NCBI GenBank assembly: GCA_014193395.1
Contig: BJHT01000001.1
Coordinates: 14,112 to 78,111, forward strand
Direction of reading: 5' to 3'
Source: Verrucomicrobiota bacterium
GTDB taxonomy: Bacteria > Verrucomicrobiota > Verrucomicrobiia > Limisphaerales > BJHT01
Length of the DNA: 64,000 nucleotides
The translations under genes were made by a program, and so were the position numbers. Shown in pieces: positions 45,276 to 54,366 of the stretch (position 1 is the first letter of the stretch; every line of letters begins with the position of its first letter). Under the pieces are notes generated by a model. That model was not told where the DNA came from, made no database searches, and saw only the letters and a list, made by a program, of their open reading frames with translations.

Positions 45276-45920
45276 TTACTTGGCGACCGGCGTCACGACG
45301 AGGTCGTCGAAACGGATGGGCGTGCCGGAAAACGGATTGCCCCAGATGGACGGCCGGCCCGCGGGCGTCTCGGCGGTTTCATCGAACGTGATCGTCCATG
45401 CCGCGGGTTCCTTGGCGGACTCGGGCCAGACTTTGCCTTCCACCTTCCACTCGCCGTCTTTCACCTTGCGGAGTTGCAGTTTCAGCTTGGCCCAGACGCC
45501 CGTCTGCCACTCGAACGGCGCGGTGAGTTTCACGTCATCGCCCTTGTAGAGTTCGACGAGTTTTTTCGCGGGGGAAACGAGCAGGCGGAATCCGCCCACG
45601 CCATTCAGCCCGACGCCGAACGACGGGAAGCGCCGGCCCTTGAGCGTTCCGAAAATGCGCGCGCTCACGGCGAGGCTGTCCTTCTCGGTCGGGCCGAAGA
45701 GCACGCCGAACGTGTCGAGCGGCGCGCCGGGGAGTTCGAGGAATTTGTTGCCGCCGTCGGCCTTCACCTCGAACGCGCCGTCGAGCACGAGGAAGTCGGC
45801 GGGGACCTTGTCCAGCTCGGCTTTCTCGAAATTGTTTTCGTACACCGGCTTGGCGTCCTGCGCGGCGAGCGGCAGGGAAAGAGCGCCGAGGAGGGTCAGG
45901 AGCGGGGCGAGTTTTTTCAT
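45276..45920 (-). CDS. Secreted hypothetical protein, probable concanavalin/LamG-like beta-sandwich
   Basis: Signal peptide MKKLAPLLTLLGALSLPLAAQ. The composition is beta-rich. The fold assignment is only an impression. Confidence 0.5.
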   Translation of the reverse strand: MKKLAPLLTLLGALSLPLAAQDAKPVYENNFEKAELDKVPADFLVLDGAFEVKADGGNKFLELPGAPLDTFGVLFGPTEKDSLAVSARIFGTLKGRRFPSFGVGLNGVGGFRLLVSPAKKLVELYKGDDVKLTAPFEWQTGVWAKLKLQLRKVKDGEWKVEGKVWPESAKEPAAWTITFDETAETPAGRPSIWGNPFSGTPIRFDDLVVTPVAK

Positions 45921-45974
45921 AAAATGCTTCGGTTGCTGACTGTTTGTCGCAGCAGACCAGACGTTTGTCGCGGG

Positions 45975-48900
45975 TCAATTGTTACGCAGGGCATCCAACA
46001 GGTTGCCGCGCAATGCCAGCGCGGTGGCGGCGAGGGTCCAGAGCGCGCCGTTTAAAAGCACGCCGCCGAGGGTCAGGCTCAGGGTCGCGATCGGGAGCGG
46101 CGTGTTCGGGGTCATGAGCGCGGGCAGGACGGCGACGACCGCCGCGGCCACGCCGCCGCCGAGGCCGATGAGCAGCAGCGCGCCGTGTTCGCTGACGAGC
46201 AGCCACTTGAGCGAGCGCGGGCGGAAGCCGACGGCGAGCAGCAGCGCCAGTTCGCCGCGGCGCTCGAGAACGTTGCGCAACACGACCACGCCGAGGCCGA
46301 CGCTGCCGAGCAGCAGACCGAGGCCGCCGAGGACTTGGAAGGTGCCGAGGTAGGTGTTTTGCACGGCGTTGAATTGCGCGAGACGACGCGTGGCGGGCGT
46401 GAGCTCGAGGCCGCTGTCGCGCAGGGCGCGCGTGAGCTGTGCACCTGCGTCGGATGCGCGCTCGGGCGGGGAATCCACGAGGAAGAAACGGTAGCCGCTC
46501 TCGCCGGGGAAACGCGCGGTGAACGCTTCTTCGGCGATGATGATGTTGCCTTGGAGAACCGAGTTCGCGAGCGCGGCAACGAGGCGGACGCGGAAGGTCT
46601 GGCCGCGCTCGTCGGTGAAATCGAGCGTGTCGCCGAGCTTTTTTCCCAGCGCCCACAGGATCGAGGCTTCGTCGGCGATGCCGGGGATTTCGTTGCTCGC
46701 GTCCCCAGTGCCCGCGTTGGAACCGGTTGCAGGCGACAACAGCAGCCACGGATTTTCTTTCGACAATCCCTTGGCGACGCTGGCGAAACTGAACGCGCCA
46801 CGCCCGGCGAGCAGCTCGGGTTTCACGCCGAGCAGACGGGGCTTTTGCGCGCGGTTGAGATTCAGGCAGCTCGCGTCATCGCCGTCGCGGACGCGGAAGG
46901 GAACGACGCTGACGTTGGTGAGCGCGGTGGCGGGGAGGCCGAGGGATTCGCGGCCGCGCGCGGTGTTGAGATCGGCGGTGACGGGCAACGTGCTCTCGCC
47001 GAGGAACGCGAAGCCGCCGGTGCCGGAGGAGCGCTTCGTCGAGTTCACGTTTTCATCGAGGCGGAACGCGCCGATGCTCACGATCAAAAAGCTCCCGCAC
47101 GCGAGCATCGCGACCGTGGCGAGACTGCGGCGACGCCTACGCGTGGCGCTGCGCAGGCCCATGCCCGCGAGCGTGAGGCGGGCGGCGGTCGCCGAGGATT
47201 CGAGACGCGAAAGCAGCACCGAGGTGAATGCGAGCGCGGCGATCAACAGCAGCGCGCCCGCACCGAAGAAGAGGCCGGCGGCGGAAGTTTGCGCCGTGGC
47301 GAGCGCGTAGCCGACGAGGCCGAGGCCGCTGAGGAGGCTGGCGAGACCGACGAGCGCGGCGCGCGTGCCGCTTGTAGCCGCCGACGTGAGGAGGCGGACG
47401 GCCCCGGACGTTCCACGATCCGCCTCCTCACGTCGGCGGCTACCGTCAGACTCTTCGCTGCCGCCGGCGAGGAGTTCGCGGGCGGGGCGCTGGACTTGTT
47501 TGCGCAGCGCGAGCCAAAGCGTGAAGACCGCGACGAGCACGCTGCCGATGATGCCGCCGAAGAGCGTCGCCGGCTCGGCGTGGAAGTGCAGGTCGCTCGT
47601 GCCCACGGCGTCGCGCCACACGGTCGAGAGCGCGTGCAGCATGGCGCGCGCATACCAGACCGCGCCCGCCGCACCAAGCAGCGCGCCGAGCAGCGCCAGC
47701 CCCGCGCCTTCGCCGAGCAGGAGGCGTCGCACCTGTGGCGGCGTGAAGCCAAGCGCGAGCAGCGTGCCGATTTCCTGCGCGCGTTGTTCGATGCCGAACT
47801 GGAACAGCAGCGCCACCAGCACGCACGCCGCGATGATCAGGAAAAAGCTGAACCCGATGAACAGCCCGCCGAAGTCCTGTCCCTGCGAACTCGCTGCGAG
47901 CGCCTGCGCCCGCACGGGCTGGAACGTCAGGCCGAAGTCCGCGGGCTTGAGCTGCGCGAGCAGAGCGGCCTCCAATTTGAGATTTGAAATTTCAGATTTC
48001 AGATTCCGGTCCCCGCCGCCTGACGGCTGGCTCCCGGCTCCTGCCTCCTGACTCCTGTCCCCTGTCCCCTGCGCGAACCGCACCGCCGTCGTGTCGCCGA
48101 ACCGATTTGCCCACATTTTCCGCCCCGCGTTCAGCGTCACGAAGGCCTTCGGGGTGCCGCGCCATTTGGCCCAGTAATCGTCGTCCTCCTTGCGAATCTT
48201 GTGCGCAAGCGGGAAGCCGGCGTCCCAGTCGCCCGCGCGCTCGGCCTGGGCGATGCCGGGGAAGTCGGGCATGAGCGTGCGGTCGGCCCACGGCAGTTCC
48301 AGCGGGACGACGGAGCGGACGCGGAAACGGTTGGTCGCCTCGAGCAATCGCGCGCCGGAATCGGGGAGGAAATAGGTGAGCGCCACCTCCGCGCCGGGGC
48401 CGATCTTCAGGTCGTCCGCGAGCCATTGGCTGATAACGATTTCGTCGTCGCGCAAATCGGCGGGCACGAGCGGCGCGGTGGCGGCGGTGACCATCGAGTA
48501 GGGCGTGGTGCGTTCGCCGGCGCGCAGGAGATTGACGAGGAACGTGAGCACAGGCCGGGCGTTGGTGTCCACTGCGAGCGCGGCGCGGACGGCGGGCGGA
48601 TCGAGGAAGATGCGCGGGGTGCGGAGTTCGATCGCGGCGGTGTTGGTGAGCGGGCGGAGTTCGAGCTGGGTGTCGGCGAGCTTCCAGATTTGCGGCAATG
48701 CGTAATTGGAATCTTCGGAGGTCTTTGGAGCGGATGAAGATTCTCCGCGTAGCATCAGGTTTGCGCGGCCCGTGGCACCGACGCGTTCCTGAAGCAAAGC
48801 GAAATTCACGAAGGCGTTGAACGGCGCAATCTGATTGGCTTGGAGGCTGAAGTTGCCGAGAAACCGGGCGGGCTGAATCGCCGTGACGCGGAGGCGCAGG

Positions 48901-49505
48901 GCGACGGTCTGCCCGTCGCGCGGCGTGAGGGAAACTTCCTGCGAGAGCGCGGAGGTTTTGGTAACGCGGAGCAGGACTTCATCGCCGACTTTGGTGGCAA
49001 GCTGGTCGGCGAGGGCTTGGTTGAGAACGACGCCGTTGGTCGGGACGGCTGCGGTGGCTGTGGTTGATTGTGCCAGTTTCCAGAAGTGTTCCTCGACGCC
49101 GTAAACATGGACGCGATTGGCGCGGTGCGTGCCGTCGGCCGAGTTCGCGGTGCCGGGCAGCGCGAGGACGGGCGCGGTCGCAAGGCGCAGATCAGAGGCA
49201 AGTTCGGAGCGGACGAGGCGGTCGCCGCCGGGTTGAGGCGACAAGCTGTCGCCTCCCCTGGAAAGATCAGTGGCGAGTTCGGCGCGGAAGAGGCGGTCGC
49301 CAGAGGTGAGCGCTGTGTTGATGGGGCCGAGGCGTTTGAGCGCCATGGCGCGCAGGCTGCCACGGACGGAATCGCCGACGAGCAGCGCACCAATGAGCAC
49401 GGCGCTGCCAACGGTCGCACCGAGCAGCACGCCGAAATGCGCCCGCGCGTGGTGGCGGAGGCTGCGGAGGATGAGGGTCCAAAGCGACATGGGGGAAAAG
49501 CTCAA
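45975..49505 (-). CDS. ABC transporter permease, double FtsX/MacB-type (YbbP-like), expanded by repeat insertions
   Basis: 1176-aa uninterrupted ORF. The N-terminus LILRSLRHHARAHFGVLLGATVGSAVLIGALLVGDS is typical of FtsX-family permeases. There are two 4-TM FtsX blocks with large extracytoplasmic domains. Confidence 0.85.
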   Translation of the reverse strand: MSFSPMSLWTLILRSLRHHARAHFGVLLGATVGSAVLIGALLVGDSVRGSLRAMALKRLGPINTALTSGDRLFRAELATDLSRGGDSLSPQPGGDRLVRSELASDLRLATAPVLALPGTANSADGTHRANRVHVYGVEEHFWKLAQSTTATAAVPTNGVVLNQALADQLATKVGDEVLLRVTKTSALSQEVSLTPRDGQTVALRLRVTAIQPARFLGNFSLQANQIAPFNAFVNFALLQERVGATGRANLMLRGESSSAPKTSEDSNYALPQIWKLADTQLELRPLTNTAAIELRTPRIFLDPPAVRAALAVDTNARPVLTFLVNLLRAGERTTPYSMVTAATAPLVPADLRDDEIVISQWLADDLKIGPGAEVALTYFLPDSGARLLEATNRFRVRSVVPLELPWADRTLMPDFPGIAQAERAGDWDAGFPLAHKIRKEDDDYWAKWRGTPKAFVTLNAGRKMWANRFGDTTAVRFAQGTGDRSQEAGAGSQPSGGGDRNLKSEISNLKLEAALLAQLKPADFGLTFQPVRAQALAASSQGQDFGGLFIGFSFFLIIAACVLVALLFQFGIEQRAQEIGTLLALGFTPPQVRRLLLGEGAGLALLGALLGAAGAVWYARAMLHALSTVWRDAVGTSDLHFHAEPATLFGGIIGSVLVAVFTLWLALRKQVQRPARELLAGGSEESDGSRRREEADRGTSGAVRLLTSAATSGTRAALVGLASLLSGLGLVGYALATAQTSAAGLFFGAGALLLIAALAFTSVLLSRLESSATAARLTLAGMGLRSATRRRRRSLATVAMLACGSFLIVSIGAFRLDENVNSTKRSSGTGGFAFLGESTLPVTADLNTARGRESLGLPATALTNVSVVPFRVRDGDDASCLNLNRAQKPRLLGVKPELLAGRGAFSFASVAKGLSKENPWLLLSPATGSNAGTGDASNEIPGIADEASILWALGKKLGDTLDFTDERGQTFRVRLVAALANSVLQGNIIIAEEAFTARFPGESGYRFFLVDSPPERASDAGAQLTRALRDSGLELTPATRRLAQFNAVQNTYLGTFQVLGGLGLLLGSVGLGVVVLRNVLERRGELALLLAVGFRPRSLKWLLVSEHGALLLIGLGGGVAAAVVAVLPALMTPNTPLPIATLSLTLGGVLLNGALWTLAATALALRGNLLDALRNN
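47374..47443. repeat. Palindromic element GTAGCCGCCGACGTGAGGAGGCGGA...TCCGCCTCCTCACGTCGGCGGCTAC, copy B, inside the permease CDS
   Basis: It is translated in frame as ..SRRREEADRGTSGAVRLLTSAATSG.. within the inter-domain linker. Confidence 0.95.
47971..48072. repeat. Microsatellite-like module (GATTTGAAATTTCAGATTTCAGATT + CCTGACTCCTGTCCCCTGTCCCC) inside the permease CDS
   Basis: It is translated as GTGDRSQEAGAGSQPSGGGDRNLKSEISNLKLE. The unit types are shared with the intergenic block at 10971..11075. Confidence 0.75.
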
Positions 49506-49644
49506 AGGTTAAAGCTCAAAGCTCAAGGGAAGGGCCAAGACGACTCGCGTCGAATGGATAAGTGAGAGGCAGGAAAATTCGGCCGACGCCGAACTGCTTT
49601 TGTCGTCCCTAGAGTTTTTGATCTCTGATCCTTCATCGGGGTTT

Positions 49645-50961
49645 TCAGCGGACGCTCGGAGCTTCCGGGGGTTTAACAACGAATTCCGCATGCCGCCATC
49701 GCTGTACTGAGAACGTTAAGTTTAGAGTTTGGGCATTGGTGGGAAAACTTACTTCAAAGGTGCGCCATTCCTCACCGTGCCGCCGGCTACCGCCGGCGAT
49801 GGGCCTGCCTTCGTTGTCCTCGAATACCCGTCGTTCGATTCGGATGTCTGGATTTGGGGGTGTCACCTGCACGTGCATGTTGCCATAATCCCCAAGCGAT
49901 GCAGGGAATCCGGGAAGCCGCCCCTGTTTCCCATGGAGTCCCACGAGTTCAATTCGGTGACCGTGAATGAAGGTGGACGTCCTCACCATTGTCGCCCCGT
50001 CTGGAGCGGGGATGGCAACTCCCCGAATCTTCCACATCTCCTCGGGGCGTGGCCGCCCACCGCGAAACCCGGCACTTACCCGCCATGCGGGTTCGTCCAG
50101 CCCTAGCGCAGGCACGAATGCAATCACTTCCTCCCCGGCCTTGCTGAAGGAGTGAAATGCATTGCCATGGAGAATATTGCCGGTGGCGTCAGCAAGGCCA
50201 ATGCCTGCCACCGACCAGCCCGGACTGGGTTTGCCTCCTTCCGTGACGCGAAAAAAGGCCTGCATGTGCTGCACCGCCCGCGAGCCGTCGTGTGAAGCCA
50301 CGACCAGTTTGGTAAGCGTGAACTCAATTTCCCCGTCACGGCGCGTCACGGGAAGCGGTTCGGGAGACCATTCCTTGAACGGACCCCGCACCGGATTGCG
50401 AATGGTGAATTCTCCGACGTGGCGATCCGGACCGGCATCGTCCGCCTCCCGAACGCGCACCGTAATATTCGTCGCCCGCCGAGGAAACACCTCGAACGCG
50501 CGCACCACCAATTCCTTCTCCGGGCCGATTGGATAGGTGCGATCGTACCGACCGGAAGACTCATACTCGAAGTCCAGTGAAGCCTGAACTCGGGTTTTCA
50601 AATCCCGGTTAAAAAAACCATCTCCCAAAACTTTCGACCGTTCGAACCAGCAAACCAACGAAGGCGTCTTGGTTTCGCGACCGTGCGACCTCCCTTCTAG
50701 GAGAATCCTGTGATCCGTCCCGAAGGTTGCTTTGTAAAACGTGAGAACAGAACCGTCCTTGAGTGTCAGTGAATTCGTAGCGCTCGCACTGATGCCGGCC
50801 TCCGTTGTTTTCTGAGCTTCGCCACCGCCAACACGTGCTGCTGCTCCCACGCGAAAGCCGCTGAAAAGCAATGCCCCACTTATGCTCACCGCGAGCACCG
50901 CGGCGAAATGCTTTGCTGCGCGATGTCGGAAGGATTGGAAAAGGAGAGGCGGGAATTTCAT
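49645..50961 (-). CDS. Membrane-anchored hypothetical protein (orphan, lower G+C) between the ABC ATPase and permease genes
   Basis: The start is at MKFPPLLFQSF, followed by one TM helix (FAAVLAVSISGALLF). The remaining ~400 aa are beta-rich with no recognised motif. Hand-counted 60-nt samples give 45-48% G+C in places. Confidence 0.6.
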   Translation of the reverse strand: MKFPPLLFQSFRHRAAKHFAAVLAVSISGALLFSGFRVGAAARVGGGEAQKTTEAGISASATNSLTLKDGSVLTFYKATFGTDHRILLEGRSHGRETKTPSLVCWFERSKVLGDGFFNRDLKTRVQASLDFEYESSGRYDRTYPIGPEKELVVRAFEVFPRRATNITVRVREADDAGPDRHVGEFTIRNPVRGPFKEWSPEPLPVTRRDGEIEFTLTKLVVASHDGSRAVQHMQAFFRVTEGGKPSPGWSVAGIGLADATGNILHGNAFHSFSKAGEEVIAFVPALGLDEPAWRVSAGFRGGRPRPEEMWKIRGVAIPAPDGATMVRTSTFIHGHRIELVGLHGKQGRLPGFPASLGDYGNMHVQVTPPNPDIRIERRVFEDNEGRPIAGGSRRHGEEWRTFEVSFPTNAQTLNLTFSVQRWRHAEFVVKPPEAPSVR

Positions 50962-51016
50962 GCTGGTTTGATCGAGGTGGATTAGGCTGACGAGCGGCCG
51001 AAAAAGTCGGCGTGGT

Positions 51017-51724
51017 TTATTGCGCCGCCAACTGCCCGTCGCGGAGTTCCAGGACGCGGTCCATTTTGCGGGCGAGGTCGGGGGCGTGGGTGACGACGAT
51101 GAGGGTGATGTTTTGCTCGCGGTTGAGGTCGAGGAGGAGGGTGGCGAGGGCGTCGGCGTTGTGGCGGTCGAGGGCGCCGGTGGGTTCGTCGGCGAGGAGG
51201 AGTTTGGGGCCGTTGATGAGGGCGCGGACGACGGCGACGCGCTGGCGTTCGCCGCCGGAGAGCTGGCCGGGGCGATGGTGGAGGCGGTCGGCGAGACCGA
51301 CGCGGGCGAGGAGCGGCTGGGCGCGTTCACCGGCGGCGCGGCGGCGGCTGGCGTCGGGGTCGGCGAGGGTGGGGACGAGGACGTTTTCCAGCACGGTGCA
51401 TTGCGGCAGGAGATGGTGGGATTGAAAGACGAAGCCGACCTGCTGGTTGCGGACGCGCGCGAGCTGGAGGTCGTCGAGGCGGGAGAGGTCTTCGCCGTCG
51501 AGGAGGAGCTGGCCAGAGGTGGCGCGGTCGAGTGTGCCGATGATGTTGAGGAGCGTGCTTTTGCCGCAGCCGGACGGACCGACGATGGCGACGCGCTCGC
51601 CGCGGGCGAGGTCGAGCGAGACTCCGAGAAGCACGCTGACGCGCTCGGCGCCGGCGGCCGAGGCGTACTGTTTGGTGACGTCCTTGAGCTGCAGGAGCGG
51701 CGCGGACGTGGGTGGCGATGACAT
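51017..51724 (-). CDS. ABC transporter ATP-binding protein (MacB/LolD-type)
   Basis: Walker A GPSGCGKST, signature LSGGERQRVAVVRAL and Walker B LLLADEPTGALD. Confidence 0.95.
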   Translation of the reverse strand: MSSPPTSAPLLQLKDVTKQYASAAGAERVSVLLGVSLDLARGERVAIVGPSGCGKSTLLNIIGTLDRATSGQLLLDGEDLSRLDDLQLARVRNQQVGFVFQSHHLLPQCTVLENVLVPTLADPDASRRRAAGERAQPLLARVGLADRLHHRPGQLSGGERQRVAVVRALINGPKLLLADEPTGALDRHNADALATLLLDLNREQNITLIVVTHAPDLARKMDRVLELRDGQLAAQ

Positions 51725-51960
51725 GCGCGGAGGATAGCGGGAGGGGCGGAGATAAAAACGAAATTCCAGAGCGCGGCCGGCGACCGCCCAGAGTGGGTGT
51801 CAAAAGCAAGGACTGATCCCGTCGGTCATTTCCTAGTTCAGCGGCGGGGACGGCGCAGTGTCGGCACTCGGGCCAAGGCGGCGCCGAGTGTCGATCAGCG
51901 CCAGCATAGCCCCGAAAACACCATTGCCCCCGCCGCCGGCAATGGCCTAGCGTCGGTGCC

Positions 51961-54180
51961 TTGCATCCTCGACCAGACCTTTGCGCGACGTGCGCGACGG
52001 CGGCGACGCCTGAATTAGAAACCATCGTGATTTCCATCTGCACCAATTCCGACGGGCACCGTCCCGAAGCTGATTTCCCACCGGCCTTTCTCCGAAGCCG
52101 GCGGTCCTGTCTCGGCGTGGCCCTGCTGTTCGCCGTTCTTTCCCTGCCGGGATTGGCATGCGCTGCGGACGCGCCGGCCCCTACCGTCGTGGTGGTCGCA
52201 CCGACGGGCAACGACAAGGCTCCCGGCACCGAACCGATGCCACTCGCCACGCTCGCTGGTGCGCGGGACGCCGTCCGCCGGCTGCGCCAGCAGGGTGTGA
52301 CCGGCCCGGTGGAAGTGCTCGTCAAGCCCGGTATTTATCACTTCGCCGAACCCTTGGTGCTGGGACCGGAAGATTCAGGCACGGCCACGGGACCGACCAG
52401 CTATCGCGCCGCAGCCGGCGGTCCAGTCACCTTGAGCGGCGGCTTCCCGATCACGGGCTGGAAACAGCGTGCCGGCGGGATGTGGGCGGCGCCCGTGCCC
52501 GCGGGTGCGGACTTCCGCCTGTTGCGCGTCGGCGACCGTTTGGCCACGCGGGCGCGACACCCGAATTTCGACGCGCAGAACCCCTTGATGGGCGGCTGGC
52601 TTTTCGCGGATGCCGTGACGCCTGCGCCGCGGCCGGGCGCTCCGACCACGTTCATGCGTTATCGCGGGGATCTGCCGGCCTTTGCCGACACGAGCGGGGC
52701 CGAGGTGCATGTCTTCATCGCCTGGGGCTGGGTGAATGCGATCGTGCCAATCGGGCGGATTGACCGGGGGCAGAAGCGCATTGATTTCGCCGGCAAAGGC
52801 GCGAGCCAGGACGTTCGCGCGGGCAACCGTTACTTCATCGAGAATGTGCGCGAAGCCTTGGATGCCCCGGGCGAGTGGTTCCTCGACCGGGCGAAAAACG
52901 AAGTGCTTTACCTCTCGGCCGGCCCGGTCCAGACGGCGGTCGCGCCCCGGCTCAACCATCTGATTCGGTGCGCCGGTGACGCCGGGAGCGGGCGATTTGT
53001 CGAGCATGTGCGGTTCGCCGGCTTCCGCTTCGCCGACACGAGCCACACGATCTTCGAGGAGTATTACAGTCCGGACGACGCGTGCATCCAGTTGGCGGGA
53101 GCCCGGAACTGCGTGGTGAGCAACTGCGAGTTTGCCTGGTGTGGCGGCTACGCGCTGCGGCTCAGCGATCGCTCGGAGCGCTGCGTGTTTTCGGAGAACC
53201 GCCTGCACCACATGGGACAGGGGGGCGTGATCATGGTCGGCGGCACGAAGGATCAAGCGCACCACTGCGCGGTGACCGCCAATTCCATGGCGCACCTGGG
53301 CCAGATCTACAAACACGTCGCGGGCGTTTACATCACGTCCGGCAGCGACCACTACGTCGCCCACAACAGCATCACCGACGTGCCCCGCTACGGGATTTCC
53401 TTCAAGAGCCAGGGGGAGGAACGGCTCTCGCACCGAAATGTGATCGAGTACAACGACATCCGGCGCGCCAATCTCGAGACGAGCGACACCGGCGCCATCG
53501 AGAGCCTCGGCTACGAGAAACGCGACAGCGGGAACGTCGTCCGCCACAACCAAATCCTGGACGTCGTGGGCATGGACACCACCGCGGACGGGAAGTTCCG
53601 CACGCCGCACTTCAGTTGGGGCATTTACCTGGACGACTTCAGCAGCGGCACCCTGATCTACGGCAACATCGTCGCCCGCACGGTGACGGGCGGAATCTGC
53701 CTCCACGCCGGCAAAAACAACGTTGTCGAAAACAACATCTTGGTCGATGGCCGCGACCGGCAGGTGCATCTCCACCCCGAGGGGCCGGACATGACCGGCA
53801 ACCGGTTCGTCCGCAACATCGTCGCCTATTCCCGGCCGCAGGCGGAGTTGTTCTACCTGTTCCAGTCATGGAAACGGAACCAGCCCGGAAGATTCGCCGA
53901 GTGCGACAAGAACCTCTACTGGGTCGCGGGCGCGGATCTCCGGACGCTCCCGACGAAAAACACGCCCAACGGCCCCTTCAGCGCGTGGCGGGCCGCCGGG
54001 TTCGACAAAAATTCCGTGGTTGCGGCTCCCAAGTTCGTAAACGCGGCGAAGGACGATTACCGCCTCGCACCCGATTCGCCCGCGTTTGCGCTGGGATTCA
54101 AACCCATCCCCGTCGAGCTGATCGGCCCCGACGGCTGGCAAAAACGCGGCAAGCCCCTGCGGAGCGAAACCGCCAAATGA
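51961..54180 (+). CDS. Secreted right-handed parallel beta-helix repeat protein
   Basis: Signal-like segment CLGVALLFAVLSLPGLACA. There are many repeated turns: NCVVSNCEF, GVYITSGSDHYVAHNSI, GICLHAGKNNVVENNI. The start is uncertain (ATG 51961 or GTG 52027). Confidence 0.8.
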   Translation: MHPRPDLCATCATAATPELETIVISICTNSDGHRPEADFPPAFLRSRRSCLGVALLFAVLSLPGLACAADAPAPTVVVVAPTGNDKAPGTEPMPLATLAGARDAVRRLRQQGVTGPVEVLVKPGIYHFAEPLVLGPEDSGTATGPTSYRAAAGGPVTLSGGFPITGWKQRAGGMWAAPVPAGADFRLLRVGDRLATRARHPNFDAQNPLMGGWLFADAVTPAPRPGAPTTFMRYRGDLPAFADTSGAEVHVFIAWGWVNAIVPIGRIDRGQKRIDFAGKGASQDVRAGNRYFIENVREALDAPGEWFLDRAKNEVLYLSAGPVQTAVAPRLNHLIRCAGDAGSGRFVEHVRFAGFRFADTSHTIFEEYYSPDDACIQLAGARNCVVSNCEFAWCGGYALRLSDRSERCVFSENRLHHMGQGGVIMVGGTKDQAHHCAVTANSMAHLGQIYKHVAGVYITSGSDHYVAHNSITDVPRYGISFKSQGEERLSHRNVIEYNDIRRANLETSDTGAIESLGYEKRDSGNVVRHNQILDVVGMDTTADGKFRTPHFSWGIYLDDFSSGTLIYGNIVARTVTGGICLHAGKNNVVENNILVDGRDRQVHLHPEGPDMTGNRFVRNIVAYSRPQAELFYLFQSWKRNQPGRFAECDKNLYWVAGADLRTLPTKNTPNGPFSAWRAAGFDKNSVVAAPKFVNAAKDDYRLAPDSPAFALGFKPIPVELIGPDGWQKRGKPLRSETAK

Positions 54181-54366
54181 CTGGCTGAACCCAGCCCAAA
54201 CTCGCAGCGCCGTGACATTTCACCACACGCCACCCGAGCGACGCCTGAGCTTCGTCCCGCGTGGCCGAGCGGATTGCCGGTCACGGATGCCGCGACGAAT
54301 CGGGTGTTCACCCATCCGGACCGCGCCGTTGCGTTCTGAAGTCCGCCCGCGTCAGCTTGCCTGACC

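Noticed and set aside
50962-51330. Extension of ORF 49645..51330 into the ABC ATPase gene, and similarly the 5' parts of ORFs 34698..36542, 15031..16194 and 20199..21971.
   Set aside because: The upstream codons overlap better-supported genes or repeat DNA. Internal ATGs are followed immediately by signal peptides or TM helices (50961, 35301, 15241, 20265).
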